From an uncultured Planctomycetota bacterium (GTDB taxonomy: Bacteria; Planctomycetota; Planctomycetia; Isosphaerales; Isosphaeraceae), in the NCBI GenBank assembly GCA_963823665.1, contig CAWGMQ010000004.1:864001-928000 (forward strand): a stretch of 64,000 nt of DNA, in the 5' to 3' direction. Position 1 is the stretch's first letter, and each line of letters begins with the position of its first letter. This document shows positions 1-11,788 of this stretch, in pieces. Both the position numbers and the translations under genes were made by a program. A model generated the notes under the pieces. It did not search any database, was not told where the DNA came from, and saw nothing but the letters and a program-made list of their open reading frames with translations.

Positions 1-724
1 GGGAGGAACTCTCTTTCTCGATGAGATCGGTGAGATGCCGCTGGGAATGCAGGTCAAGCTGCTGCGCGTCCTCCAGGACGGCCGCTTCGAGCGCGTGGGC
101 GGAAACGACGCCATCCAGACCGATTGCCGCGTCATCGCCGCCACCAACATCGTTCTTGCGGAGGCCGTCGCCGCAGGCCGATTCCGCGAAGATCTCTTCT
201 ATCGCTTGAACGTCGTGTCGATCGACGTACCCCCCTTGCGAGAGCGACTGGAAGACATTCCACTCCTGGTTAACCACTTCCTGGACAAGATCGCCGAAAA
301 GGGCCTCCCCATCAAAACACTCTCCCGACAGGCTCTCTCCAGGCTGATGAGCTATGACTGGCCGGGCAACGTCCGCGAGCTCGAGCACGCCCTCGAACAG
401 GCAAGCGTCACCACCAGCGGCCCCCTGATCGAGCCCGAGAACCTGCCGCCCCAGATCGTCGCACGCCACGATGAACCCTTCCATCTCGATTTCGACCACC
501 GCCGCCCACTTTCTGAGATCACCGCGGATTTCACCAGCCGGATCGAGCGAGCCTACCTCCAGCGCGTGCTCGAGAAATACCGCGGGCGGGTTGAGCTGTG
601 CGCCCAACATTGCGGCCTCTCGCGACGAAGCATCAGCGAGAAACTCCGCCGCTACCAGATCGATAAACGCGATTTCAAGCTTCATCCCCCCAACAGGAAA
701 AACGCCGCCTTGGCCGCCCGGTAG
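1..724 (+). CDS. Sigma-54-dependent transcriptional activator (NtrC/Fis family), 5'-truncated by window edge
   Basis: Frame reads [25 protein letters not shown]...RVIAATN...[11 protein letters not shown]...WPGNVREL, with a C-terminal Fis-type HTH. Confidence 0.95.
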   Translation, partial: GGTLFLDEIGEMPLGMQVKLLRVLQDGRFERVGGNDAIQTDCRVIAATNIVLAEAVAAGRFREDLFYRLNVVSIDVPPLRERLEDIPLLVNHFLDKIAEKGLPIKTLSRQALSRLMSYDWPGNVRELEHALEQASVTTSGPLIEPENLPPQIVARHDEPFHLDFDHRRPLSEITADFTSRIERAYLQRVLEKYRGRVELCAQHCGLSRRSISEKLRRYQIDKRDFKLHPPNRKNAALAAR

Positions 725-784
725 CCGGCCAGCCTGAGTCAACGGCCAGGCGCGATCGCCGCCCACCCACGACGAGAGACACCG

Positions 785-1222
785 ATGACACCCCAGGAAC
801 TGGAGATCCTCTGGCGAGAACACCTCGCAGGCGAGTTCGTGAGCAAAGACGTCGAGGCCACCCTCGCCACCATGGTCGAAGATGCCAGCGTCGACCACGT
901 CCCGGTCCACACCGGAGGCTCCGGCAAAGCAGCCCTCCGCGCATTCTACCGCGACGTCTTCATCCCATCCTGGCCGGACGATCTCGTCCAGACACCGATC
1001 AACCGCGTCGTCGGCCAGGATCAGGTGGCCGATGAGATCCGGATCCAATTCACGCACGAGCGTCCCATGGACTGGCTGCTGCCCGGAGTGCCCCCCACAG
1101 GCAAGAAGATCGACGTCACCATGGTCGTCATCGTCCAGTTCCGCGAGGGAAAGATCGCATGCGAAAGAATCTACTGGGACCACGCCAGCGTGCTGCGCCA
1201 GGCCGGCTTGCTCAAAGAATGA
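785..1222 (+). CDS. SnoaL-like/ester cyclase (NTF2 fold) protein
   Basis: 145 aa; DVEATLATMV...HVPVHTGG...PPTGKKI...ERIYWDHASVLRQ pattern. Confidence 0.8.
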   Translation: MTPQELEILWREHLAGEFVSKDVEATLATMVEDASVDHVPVHTGGSGKAALRAFYRDVFIPSWPDDLVQTPINRVVGQDQVADEIRIQFTHERPMDWLLPGVPPTGKKIDVTMVVIVQFREGKIACERIYWDHASVLRQAGLLKE

Positions 1223-2241
1223 CCGCATTGCTCTGCCTCATGACCCTCCAAGCACTCCCTTCACGCGGAGCAGCGCAAGAACCACCGGAATCGCCCATCG
1301 CCACGCTGAAACGAGACGCTCTTGCCCTGCAGCCGCTTGTCACATCCGCGCTCGCCAAAGACTTCCTGCATGCAACCGCAAATCTCACCGCCACCACCCC
1401 ACGCACCGTCTACCTCGACGAACCCACCAAGACCTACAAGAGCGAAGCCGCCGCAGCCGCCTTGAGCCCGGAAGAAAAGGCCAAGCTCAAGCGCGTCGAT
1501 CTCGACGCCTCGTTCTACTGGAATACAAAGTACGGCTCGCCTCTGGCCTACACCCGGCCGCTCGACGTGCTCGGCCGCTCCGGTCTGAACGATGTCTCCG
1601 GACTGAAAATCCTCGACTTCGGTTACGGCACGATCGGCCACCTCCGGCTCCTCGCCTCGCTCGGCGCCGACTTGACGGGCATCGACGTCGACCCGCTCTT
1701 GCACGCCCTCTACTCCGCCCCCGCGGACCAGGGTCTCGTCAAGAATCCAACCGGCCGGAACGGAGCGATCCGATTGATCGCCGGCCGTTTTCCCTCTGAC
1801 CCGGCCACCACCGCCGCTGGCGGTTCTTACGATGTGTTCATATCGAAAAATACATTGAAGAAGGGATACGTTCATCCCGAGCAGAAAGTTGAGGAACGCC
1901 GGCTGCTCAATCTGGGCGTGGACGACCTCACCTTCGTCAAGGCGCTCCATCACGCATTGAAACCCGGCGCATGGGTGCTCATCTACAACATCTGTCCCGC
2001 GCCCAGTCCTCCCGGCCAGCCCTACAAGAACTGGGCCGACGGCCGTTGCCCCTTCCCCAGAGACGTTTGGGAAAAAGCCGGCTTTCGCGTGATCGTCTTC
2101 GACGTGGACGACTCCCAAACCGTGCGGGGTATTGCCCATGCGCTGGGCTGGGACCAGGGCAGCGAACCGATCGATCTCAAGTCCGACCTCTTCGCCATGT
2201 ACTCCTTGATGAAGCGAAATAAGGACGACGGTTCCCGGTGA
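1219..2241 (+). CDS. Exported class I SAM-methyltransferase-like protein
   Basis: ATG overlaps the upstream TGA (ATGA at 1219-1222); signal-like N-terminus; ILDFGYGTIG motif I and GIDVD motif II. Confidence 0.6.
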   Translation: MTALLCLMTLQALPSRGAAQEPPESPIATLKRDALALQPLVTSALAKDFLHATANLTATTPRTVYLDEPTKTYKSEAAAAALSPEEKAKLKRVDLDASFYWNTKYGSPLAYTRPLDVLGRSGLNDVSGLKILDFGYGTIGHLRLLASLGADLTGIDVDPLLHALYSAPADQGLVKNPTGRNGAIRLIAGRFPSDPATTAAGGSYDVFISKNTLKKGYVHPEQKVEERRLLNLGVDDLTFVKALHHALKPGAWVLIYNICPAPSPPGQPYKNWADGRCPFPRDVWEKAGFRVIVFDVDDSQTVRGIAHALGWDQGSEPIDLKSDLFAMYSLMKRNKDDGSR

Positions 2242-2434
2242 TGTTCCCGCAAACGCCACTTGAATTCTCACACTCATTCGACGATCATTGAACGGTGATC
2301 GAGCCCAGAACGGCCAGATGCTTCGCCTGAACCGATCACCGCACCGCAACCTTGTTGCGGTGAGGAAAGCTCTGAGGTTCGTGACGGGTCGCCTTTTCAA
2401 GCTCCGTAATCCACTCACTCCTTGATGGCAGACC

Positions 2435-2890
2435 ATGAAACCAATCACCAATCTTCTCGCCCCTGTTGCCCTGGTCGTTTTGTTCGCAGCCAGTTCGAAT
2501 GCGCAGACCCAAGCCACAACAAAAGCCGATTCGTCCGGCGACGGCTCGACTCCGAAAGCCCAGGCGCCGGCCGCGACGCCCACTGATCAACCTGCGGCCA
2601 CCACCCCAACCACGAGCGCCCCAAAGGCGAGCGGGAAGTCAACGCTGTCGCGCAAGTCGCGCAAACTTCCACCCCCACCCCCGCCGACCGCTCGGCACCA
2701 CACCCGGCCCGCGAAGAAACCAAAACTCGGCGCGGCCACCGACAACGCGACCGATCTCGATGCGTACGGTCGCGTCGACAACTCCGGCAAAATCGTAGGG
2801 TTCTACCCCTCCGCGCGGGGAAGCCGCCCTACGGGCAAAACCCAGACTCCCGCCTCCAGAAAAGGCCAGCGCCCGAAGGGGCCCAAGTGA
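2435..2890 (+). CDS. Hypothetical secreted low-complexity Pro/Thr/Lys-rich protein
   Basis: Signal peptide MKPITNLLAPVALVVLFAASSNA followed by a disordered basic region. Confidence 0.55.
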   Translation: MKPITNLLAPVALVVLFAASSNAQTQATTKADSSGDGSTPKAQAPAATPTDQPAATTPTTSAPKASGKSTLSRKSRKLPPPPPPTARHHTRPAKKPKLGAATDNATDLDAYGRVDNSGKIVGFYPSARGSRPTGKTQTPASRKGQRPKGPK

Positions 2891-2955
2891 AGTGTCCCCC
2901 ATCAAGGGCCGACTTGTTGGGCGCGGGTCTCCTGACCCCGCCCTCCTCAGCGAAT

Positions 2956-5601
<2,646 letters not shown>

Positions 5602-5622
5602 GAAAGGCTCGCGAAAAGAGGA

Positions 5623-7557
5623 TTATTTCTTCTCTTCGAATTCGACGTCGATCACATCCTCGGGCTTCGGCCCGGGACCGTCAGCCCCAGCCCCCGGCGG
5701 CGGACCACCGGCTCCCGGCGGCGGACCTTCGCCTGCCCCCGGCCCCGCTTTCCCGCTCGAGTACAGATGCTCGGCCATCGCCTGGCTCGCTCGCTGAAGC
5801 TCCTCGAGCGCTCGATTGATCGCGGCCGCGTCATCCTGGCTCTTCACCTGGTTCACCTTCTCGATCGCCGCCGTCACGGCCGCGCGGTCCGATTCGCTGA
5901 GCTTCTCCTTGTTCTCCTCGATCAGCTTCTCGAGCTGGTAAACCTGCTGCTCGGCATGGTTCCTCGCCTCCGCCAGCTCACGCCGCTTCTTGTCCTCGGC
6001 CGCATGCGCATCGGCATCGCGCTTCATCCGCTCGATCTCGTCCTTGTCCAGGCCCCCCGAGCCCTCGATGCGAATCGACTGCTCCTTGCCCGTTCCCTGG
6101 TCGCGCACCGTCACGTTCAACATGCCGTTCGCGTCGATGTTGAACGACACCTCGATCTTGGGAATTCCCATCCTCGCCGGCGGAATGCCCTCGAGGTTGA
6201 ATTCCTTGAGGAACCGGTTGTCGCTCGCCATCGGCCGCTCACCTTGATACACCTTGATCGTCACCGCGGTCTGGTTGTCGTCGGCCGTCGTGAACGTCTC
6301 TTTCTTCTCGGTGGGAATCGTCGTGTTCCTGGGAACCAGCACCGTCATGACGCCTCCCTTCGTCTCCAGCCCGAGCGAAAGCGGCGTGACGTCCAGCAAC
6401 AGCACTTCCTTGACCTCGCCGGTCAAGACCGCCCCCTGGATCGCCGCGCCCACGGCAACGACTTCGTCGGGATTCACCCCCTTGTGAGGCTCCTTCCCGA
6501 AGATGTCCTTGACGATCTGCTGCACCCGCGGCATCCGCGTCGAGCCACCCACGAGCACCACTTCATCAACTTCCGCCGGCTTGAGCTTCGCATCCTCCAT
6601 CGCCTTGAGCACCGGCCCGCGGCACCGCTCGAACAGGCTATCGGTCAACTTCTCGAATTGAGCGCGCGTGATGCTCATCGCCAGATGCTTCGGCCCCTGG
6701 GCATCGGCCGTGATGAACGGCAGGTTGATGTCGGCCTGCGCGTGGAACGACAGGTCCTTCTTCGCCTTCTCCGCCGCCTCTTTCAGCCGCTGCAAGGCCA
6801 TCTGGTCCTTCCGCAAGTCGATCCCTTGCTCCTTCTTGAACTCGCCCGCGATGTGGTTCATGAGCGCCTCATCCCAGTCGTCGCCGCCCAGGTGAGTGTC
6901 GCCGTTCGTCGACAGCACTTCGAAGACGCCGTCCGCCACGTCGAGAATCGAAATGTCGAACGTGCCGCCCCCGAGGTCGAACACGGCGATCTTCTCGTTC
7001 TTCTTCTTTTCCAGCCCATACGCCAGCGCCGCCGCGGTCGGCTCGTTGATGATCCGCGCCACCTCGAGGCCCGCAATCTGCCCTGCGTCCTTCGTCGCCT
7101 GCCGCTGACTGTCGTTAAAGTAAGCCGGCACCGTGATCACGGCTTTCCGCACCTTGTGCCCGAGGTAGCTCTCGGCAGCCTCCTTCAACTTGCGAAGGAT
7201 CATCGCCGAGACTTCGGGAGGCGTGTAGTCCTTCTTGCTCGTGTGCACTTTCACGAACTCGTTCGACCCCCCCAGAACCTTGTAGGGGACCATCGTCTCC
7301 TCGGTCTTCACCTCATCATGACGCCGCCCCATGAAGCGCTTGATCGAGTAGACCGTTTCAGTCGGATTCGTGATCGCCTGCCGCTTGGCCGGATCGCCCA
7401 CCAGGGTGTCGCCCTTGGGAGTAAACGCCACCACCGACGGCGTCAGTCGACTGCCGTCCTGATTGGGGATGACCGTGACATCCCCGCCCTCCATCACCGC
7501 GACCACACTGTTGGTCGTCCCCAGATCGATCCCAATAATCTTTTCACCTTCCGACAC
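5623..7557 (-). CDS. dnaK: Chaperone DnaK (Hsp70)
   Basis: [28 protein letters not shown]-terminal DVIDVEFEE. Confidence 0.98.
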   Translation of the reverse strand: MSEGEKIIGIDLGTTNSVVAVMEGGDVTVIPNQDGSRLTPSVVAFTPKGDTLVGDPAKRQAITNPTETVYSIKRFMGRRHDEVKTEETMVPYKVLGGSNEFVKVHTSKKDYTPPEVSAMILRKLKEAAESYLGHKVRKAVITVPAYFNDSQRQATKDAGQIAGLEVARIINEPTAAALAYGLEKKKNEKIAVFDLGGGTFDISILDVADGVFEVLSTNGDTHLGGDDWDEALMNHIAGEFKKEQGIDLRKDQMALQRLKEAAEKAKKDLSFHAQADINLPFITADAQGPKHLAMSITRAQFEKLTDSLFERCRGPVLKAMEDAKLKPAEVDEVVLVGGSTRMPRVQQIVKDIFGKEPHKGVNPDEVVAVGAAIQGAVLTGEVKEVLLLDVTPLSLGLETKGGVMTVLVPRNTTIPTEKKETFTTADDNQTAVTIKVYQGERPMASDNRFLKEFNLEGIPPARMGIPKIEVSFNIDANGMLNVTVRDQGTGKEQSIRIEGSGGLDKDEIERMKRDADAHAAEDKKRRELAEARNHAEQQVYQLEKLIEENKEKLSESDRAAVTAAIEKVNQVKSQDDAAAINRALEELQRASQAMAEHLYSSGKAGPGAGEGPPPGAGGPPPGAGADGPGPKPEDVIDVEFEEKK

Positions 7558-7744
7558 GACGCGTCTCCTTTCCCAGGTTGCGCGCTCACTCGCCCGACCA
7601 GCTTTTCACCTCGTCGTCGAGGCGACACTCGAAAAACCGTCGCCACTCCGACCTCGCGGACCACACGATCCGCTATCCACAATACCCAATCTCGCCGCCG
7701 TTTTCTCACGGCCACCAGGCGCATTGTTTTGAATCAATTCCAAT

Positions 7745-7760
7745 AGCAAGCACCATGCCA
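7745..7760 (-). promoter_or_regulatory. Sigma-54 (-24/-12) promoter upstream of dnaK-clpB
   Basis: Minus strand TGGCATGGTGCTTGCT (GG-N10-GC), ~190 bp upstream of the dnaK start. Confidence 0.75.
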
Positions 7761-7856
7761 CATGACGGAACTCGTCGATTGAACGATATAACCTGAACAG
7801 GCAAAACGCGTTATCACCCTAAGATTCCGGACGGTCGCCCCGCGCTCCTCAGGGAA

Positions 7857-7915
7857 GACTGCCAAATCGACAGTGCCCTGTTCCCGACCTCTCGTCGACT
7901 GCAAAAATGGCAGTC
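7857..7915. promoter_or_regulatory. Pair of palindromic candidate enhancer (UAS) sites
   Basis: ACTGCCAAATCGACAGT (7858-7874) and ACTGCAAAAATGGCAGT (7898-7914), 40 bp apart, ~100-150 bp upstream of the sigma-54 site. Confidence 0.55.
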
Positions 7916-8188
7916 TGCACCCTCCGATCGGAGCAGGTGTGCATGCATGCGCCTCCGATTTTTCCGACGTTTCCTGTCGCAAGGGCCAGTGTTGCCTCGG
8001 CAGGGGCCATAACGGATAGAATCTGCTTGACACGGTTGGTGCTTGTCCTTTAATGACTTACTTGAGATAAACTTGCGTCGGTTTATTGCAGATGCGGGCT
8101 CCTCGGGCGCAGGGCGGGCGTTCGGGAAGTCACTCGCGTGGAAAGTGCATGGTACGATCCTTCCGACCGTCTCTTGCCGAGTTGACAA

Positions 8189-9379
8189 ATGAACCGGAAG
8201 TCATCCGCACGCAATCAACCTTCCCGTTCCCCGAAGGATCGGGCTCCTGCGCCGAAGCCTGCTGATTCGAAGCGTCACCCCAGTCTCGCGAGCCTCCGAA
8301 CTGAGATTGACCGCGTCGATCAGAACCTCGTCAGTCTGCTGAATCGCCGCGCCGAGGTTGTCTCGCAGATCGGTCAGCTCAAGCAGGACCAGGGGATTGA
8401 GGTCTGGTCCGCCGCGCGGGAAGACGAGGTCATCGCTCAGGTCTTGAGTGCCAGCAAGGGACCGCTTCCCCAGGAAACGTTACGAATCATCTTCCGCGAG
8501 CTCATGAGCGGCTCCCGGGCGCTTCAGCGTGCCATCCGCGTCTCCTATCTTGGGCCAAAATACAGTTACAGCCATCTCGCGTCGGTCGCAAAATTTGGCG
8601 AAGCGGTCGAGCACGTCCCGGTCGCGTCGATCTCGGCTGTCTTCGAAGAGGTCAATCGCCGCCACGTCCAGTATGGCCTGGTGCCGCTCGAGAACTCGAC
8701 CGACGGGCGGGTCGCCGACACCCTTGACATGTTCATCAAGCTTCCAAATCTCAAGATCCGGGCCGAAGTGAAGCTGCGGGTTCACCACTGTCTGCTCGGT
8801 CGTTGCGAGTGGAGCCAGATTCGTCGGGTCTATTCCAAGTCGCAGGCTCTCTCGCAGTGTCGCAACTGGCTGACCAAGAACGTTCCGCAGGCAACGAAGG
8901 TCGAGGTGGTTTCGACTGCCGCTGCCGCCGAGCTCGCCCAGCGCGAGGAGTTTGCCGCCGCCGTCGCCAGCCGTGCCGCCGGTAGTGCCTACCGGCTCGA
9001 CGTGCTCGCCGAGAACATCGAAGATCAACCGCACAACGTCACCCGCTTTGCTGTGATCGGCGACCGCGCCGAGGAGCGCACCGGCCGCGACAAGACAACC
9101 CTGATGATCCGGCTCTCCAACCAAGCCGGTTCGCTCGCCAAGATGATCACCCCCTTCGAAAAATTCGGCGTTAACCTCACCTGGATCGAGTCCTTCCCGA
9201 TCCCCGGCTCCGGTGGCGGCAAGTCGGGTGAAACCAACCCGTCCTATCTCTTCTTTGTGGACGTCGAAGGCTATCAGTCCGACAAGGCCGTCCACCAGGC
9301 GATCGAAATGGTTCGTAAACGATGCGAACAGCTCGACGTCATCGGCTCCTATCCCCGCAGCAATTGCATCGAGAGCTGA
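8189..9379 (+). CDS. pheA: Chorismate mutase/prephenate dehydratase (P-protein)
   Basis: N-terminal CM2 (LRTEIDRVD), YLGP, VPLENSTDG, NVTRF, ACT domain NLTWIESFP, GSYP end. Confidence 0.95.
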   Translation: MNRKSSARNQPSRSPKDRAPAPKPADSKRHPSLASLRTEIDRVDQNLVSLLNRRAEVVSQIGQLKQDQGIEVWSAAREDEVIAQVLSASKGPLPQETLRIIFRELMSGSRALQRAIRVSYLGPKYSYSHLASVAKFGEAVEHVPVASISAVFEEVNRRHVQYGLVPLENSTDGRVADTLDMFIKLPNLKIRAEVKLRVHHCLLGRCEWSQIRRVYSKSQALSQCRNWLTKNVPQATKVEVVSTAAAAELAQREEFAAAVASRAAGSAYRLDVLAENIEDQPHNVTRFAVIGDRAEERTGRDKTTLMIRLSNQAGSLAKMITPFEKFGVNLTWIESFPIPGSGGGKSGETNPSYLFFVDVEGYQSDKAVHQAIEMVRKRCEQLDVIGSYPRSNCIES

Positions 9380-9465
9380 GCTGAGCAAGCCGCCGATAGT
9401 CGCCTTTCGCTCCGCGAAAGTGCGTCCCGCACCAATTGCATCGAGACTTGAGCTGAGCAAGCCGC
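9354..9465 (+). repeat. 40-bp direct repeat of the pheA 3' end enclosing a REP-like hairpin
   Basis: 9354-9393 and 9426-9465 match at 37/40; the 32-bp spacer contains CTTTCGC-TCC-GCGAAAG. Confidence 0.85.
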
Positions 9466-9518
9466 GGGCGCTGTTCAAGCCCCGAACGGGGCGAAATCGT
9501 ACAGCCTGGGGCGTAAGC

Positions 9519-11083
9519 CTTTGTCCTTACCATCATTTTCTGGTGGTCATAGGTGCGCTTCCCCGGCCTTTTCCCGGCTTTTCTCGCTTCGCACCTGGTA
9601 ATATCAAGCCAAGCCACACGCTGAGGTGGGGGGGAGGGATCGCGTTTCAACCGCCGGAGCCTCGGATGGACGCCTTTCTTTCAGATGCGCAGACTTGGGC
9701 CATGACCCAATTCGCCACCACTGATCTTCATGACGAACGCCGTACCAAACGACTCGTTCTGTTGGCAACGCAGATCGCCGCAGATCCGTCCGGGAGTTTT
9801 CCTCAGCAAACCGAATCCTGGAATGATCTGAGGGCCGCATACAATTTCTTCGATTGTGAGGACGTCACCTTTCAAGCGATCGCCAGTCACCATTGGGAGC
9901 TTACCAAGAAGACAGCAGGTGAGCGTCAATTGATCATCGCAGACACGACCGAAATCGATTACGGGCCGTGCCGACAGGTCACAGGTCTTTCGCCGGTTGG
10001 TTCGGGTATCGGACAAGGCTTTCACCTTCACTCGGGTTTGATGGTTTCCCCCGAAGACGACCGGGTTCACGGCTTGGCCGGACAACTGATCTATCATCGT
10101 CAGCGCGTTCGTAAGGGGGAGACGCGGACCGAACGGTTGCAGCGTGACGATCGCGAATCACAGATCTGGGGTGATCTTGTCATCCAAATGGGATCCCCGC
10201 CGTCGGGAACCTCCTGGATTCACGTAGTTGATCGTGGCGCCGACGACTTTGAGTTTTTCTATCACTGCCAGCAGACAGAAACCGAATGGGTGGCGCGAGC
10301 CAAGAGCCTGATCCGGATCATTATCACGCCGGAGAGCGGGGAAACGCCGCTGAAAGCCTACTTAGGGACCCTGCCGCGGGCTGGATGTTACACGCTCAAT
10401 CTGCGGGCTCGCCCCAAAGCACCGGCTCGGACGGCCAAGCTGGTGGTCGCCATCGGGGCCTTACGGATGCCGACGCCGAAACTCAAAAGCCCATTTCTGA
10501 AGCAGGTCAAGCCCGCGGCGATCCCCATGTGGGTCGTCTGGGTGCGCGAGGTAGATGCTCCCGACGGAGTGGAGGCGATCGAGTGGGTGCTTTACACTTC
10601 TTTGCTGGTGGAGGATTTTGAAGATGCTATGGCGATCGTGGGGTACTACGGGAAGAGGTGGCTAATCGAGGAGTGGCACAAGGTCCTGAAAACAGGCTTT
10701 CAGGTAGAACGTCGCCAGCTCAAGACGTGCGATCGTCTCGAAGCCATGATGGGATTGATGTCTGTGGAAGCACTGCGGTTGTTCCAGTTGAAGGGAATGG
10801 CGCGGACAGCTCCCGAGCAGCCTGCGACCGAGGTGGTACCGCCCAAATACGTGATGATGCTGAAGGTGGTGCGCAGATTGGCGCCCACGACAATATTAAC
10901 TGCGGGAGGATTTTTTCGGGAGTTGGCCAAGCTGGGAGGGTTCCTGGGCCGCCGCCACGATGGGGAGCCAGGTTGGATGACGATCTGGCGGGGTTGGGAC
11001 AAGCTGCAGATCATGATCCGGGGCGCCGAGGCTATCATCGACGTATCTTCATCGGTATGATGAAGATGATGGTAAGGACAAAG
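9519..11083 (+). mobile_element. IS4-family (IS50/Tn5-like) insertion sequence
   Basis: 22-bp terminal inverted repeats CTTTGTCCTTACCATCAT(T/C)TTC; flanks GCGTAAGC / GCGCAAGC (imperfect target duplication). Confidence 0.92.
9666..11060 (+). CDS. IS4-family Tn5-like DDE transposase
   Basis: Tn5-like N-terminal domain (DLHDERRTKRL), DTTE, VDRGAD, YGKRWLIEEWHKVLK (YREK-like), LGGFLGR...PGW.TIWRGW dimerisation motif. Confidence 0.93.
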   Translation: MDAFLSDAQTWAMTQFATTDLHDERRTKRLVLLATQIAADPSGSFPQQTESWNDLRAAYNFFDCEDVTFQAIASHHWELTKKTAGERQLIIADTTEIDYGPCRQVTGLSPVGSGIGQGFHLHSGLMVSPEDDRVHGLAGQLIYHRQRVRKGETRTERLQRDDRESQIWGDLVIQMGSPPSGTSWIHVVDRGADDFEFFYHCQQTETEWVARAKSLIRIIITPESGETPLKAYLGTLPRAGCYTLNLRARPKAPARTAKLVVAIGALRMPTPKLKSPFLKQVKPAAIPMWVVWVREVDAPDGVEAIEWVLYTSLLVEDFEDAMAIVGYYGKRWLIEEWHKVLKTGFQVERRQLKTCDRLEAMMGLMSVEALRLFQLKGMARTAPEQPATEVVPPKYVMMLKVVRRLAPTTILTAGGFFRELAKLGGFLGRRHDGEPGWMTIWRGWDKLQIMIRGAEAIIDVSSSV

Positions 11084-11112
11084 GCGCAAGCCCCAGGAAT
11101 CGTGGCGGGACA

Positions 11113-11562
11113 TTACGGACTCGCCGGTGAAGCATTGCCGTAACCATAGTTCGTCGGTCCCTGGCGCCAGCCGTTGCTGCTCCCGGCGGCCATCTGCCGA
11201 TCACGCGACTCCTCAAGTTCGGTCATGCGCTCTTCCAGCCCCGAGTACTTGGAAAGCGAGATCATGTCCGAAATAAGGGCACGAGCGGCCTTGAGCTGCA
11301 CCGTGTCCGAGTCGCCGGCCTTCGAAATCCTGCGGATTGTCTCGACCGCGCCCCCGGAATGCTTGATCATCTGGCCCACCGCCCGATCGAGCACGCGGCG
11401 CCGATAAGACAGTGCCGCGCTTTTGACGTCGGGCTCTTTCGCCCACCGGAATGCCGTCGTCTTGGGGACTCCGTTGGCGCGCGCCCACGCGACAATCGAA
11501 ACGCCGCGTCCAATGGCAACGGCGAGTTGCTCCTTCGAGCCCTTCTCAGGTTCTTCCGACAT
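11113..11562 (-). CDS. HTH-containing hypothetical protein (small-terminase-like architecture)
   Basis: ATG at 11562; VSIVAWARANGVPKTTAFRW HTH followed by helical/coiled-coil C-terminus. Confidence 0.6.
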   Translation of the reverse strand: MSEEPEKGSKEQLAVAIGRGVSIVAWARANGVPKTTAFRWAKEPDVKSAALSYRRRVLDRAVGQMIKHSGGAVETIRRISKAGDSDTVQLKAARALISDMISLSKYSGLEERMTELEESRDRQMAAGSSNGWRQGPTNYGYGNASPASP

Positions 11563-11788
11563 GTTTTCGAGCCTTCCAATAAACAAAGGTGAATGGAACT
11601 CCCCATGAACTCCCCAAGCAATCAACAACATGACTCGATTATTTGGGGTTTGTTCCTGCATTTTGTAGCGAACGACGCGCAGATTTCCCCCAGACCCCCA
11701 TAACAACGAATATGCGAGAAGTGGGCTTCGCGGCGTTGAGCATTGTGACAGGCCTGTAGCGCGATGGCGACGGCCTCGATCGATTCCT

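Noticed and set aside
7560..8188. CIRCE/HrcA operator upstream of dnaK
   Set aside because: No TTAGCACTC-N9-GAGTGCTAA match seen
9354..9465. Mini-CRISPR (repeat-spacer-repeat, 40/32/40)
   Set aside because: Only two repeats; the repeat is the pheA coding end, the spacer is itself a hairpin, and there are no cas genes
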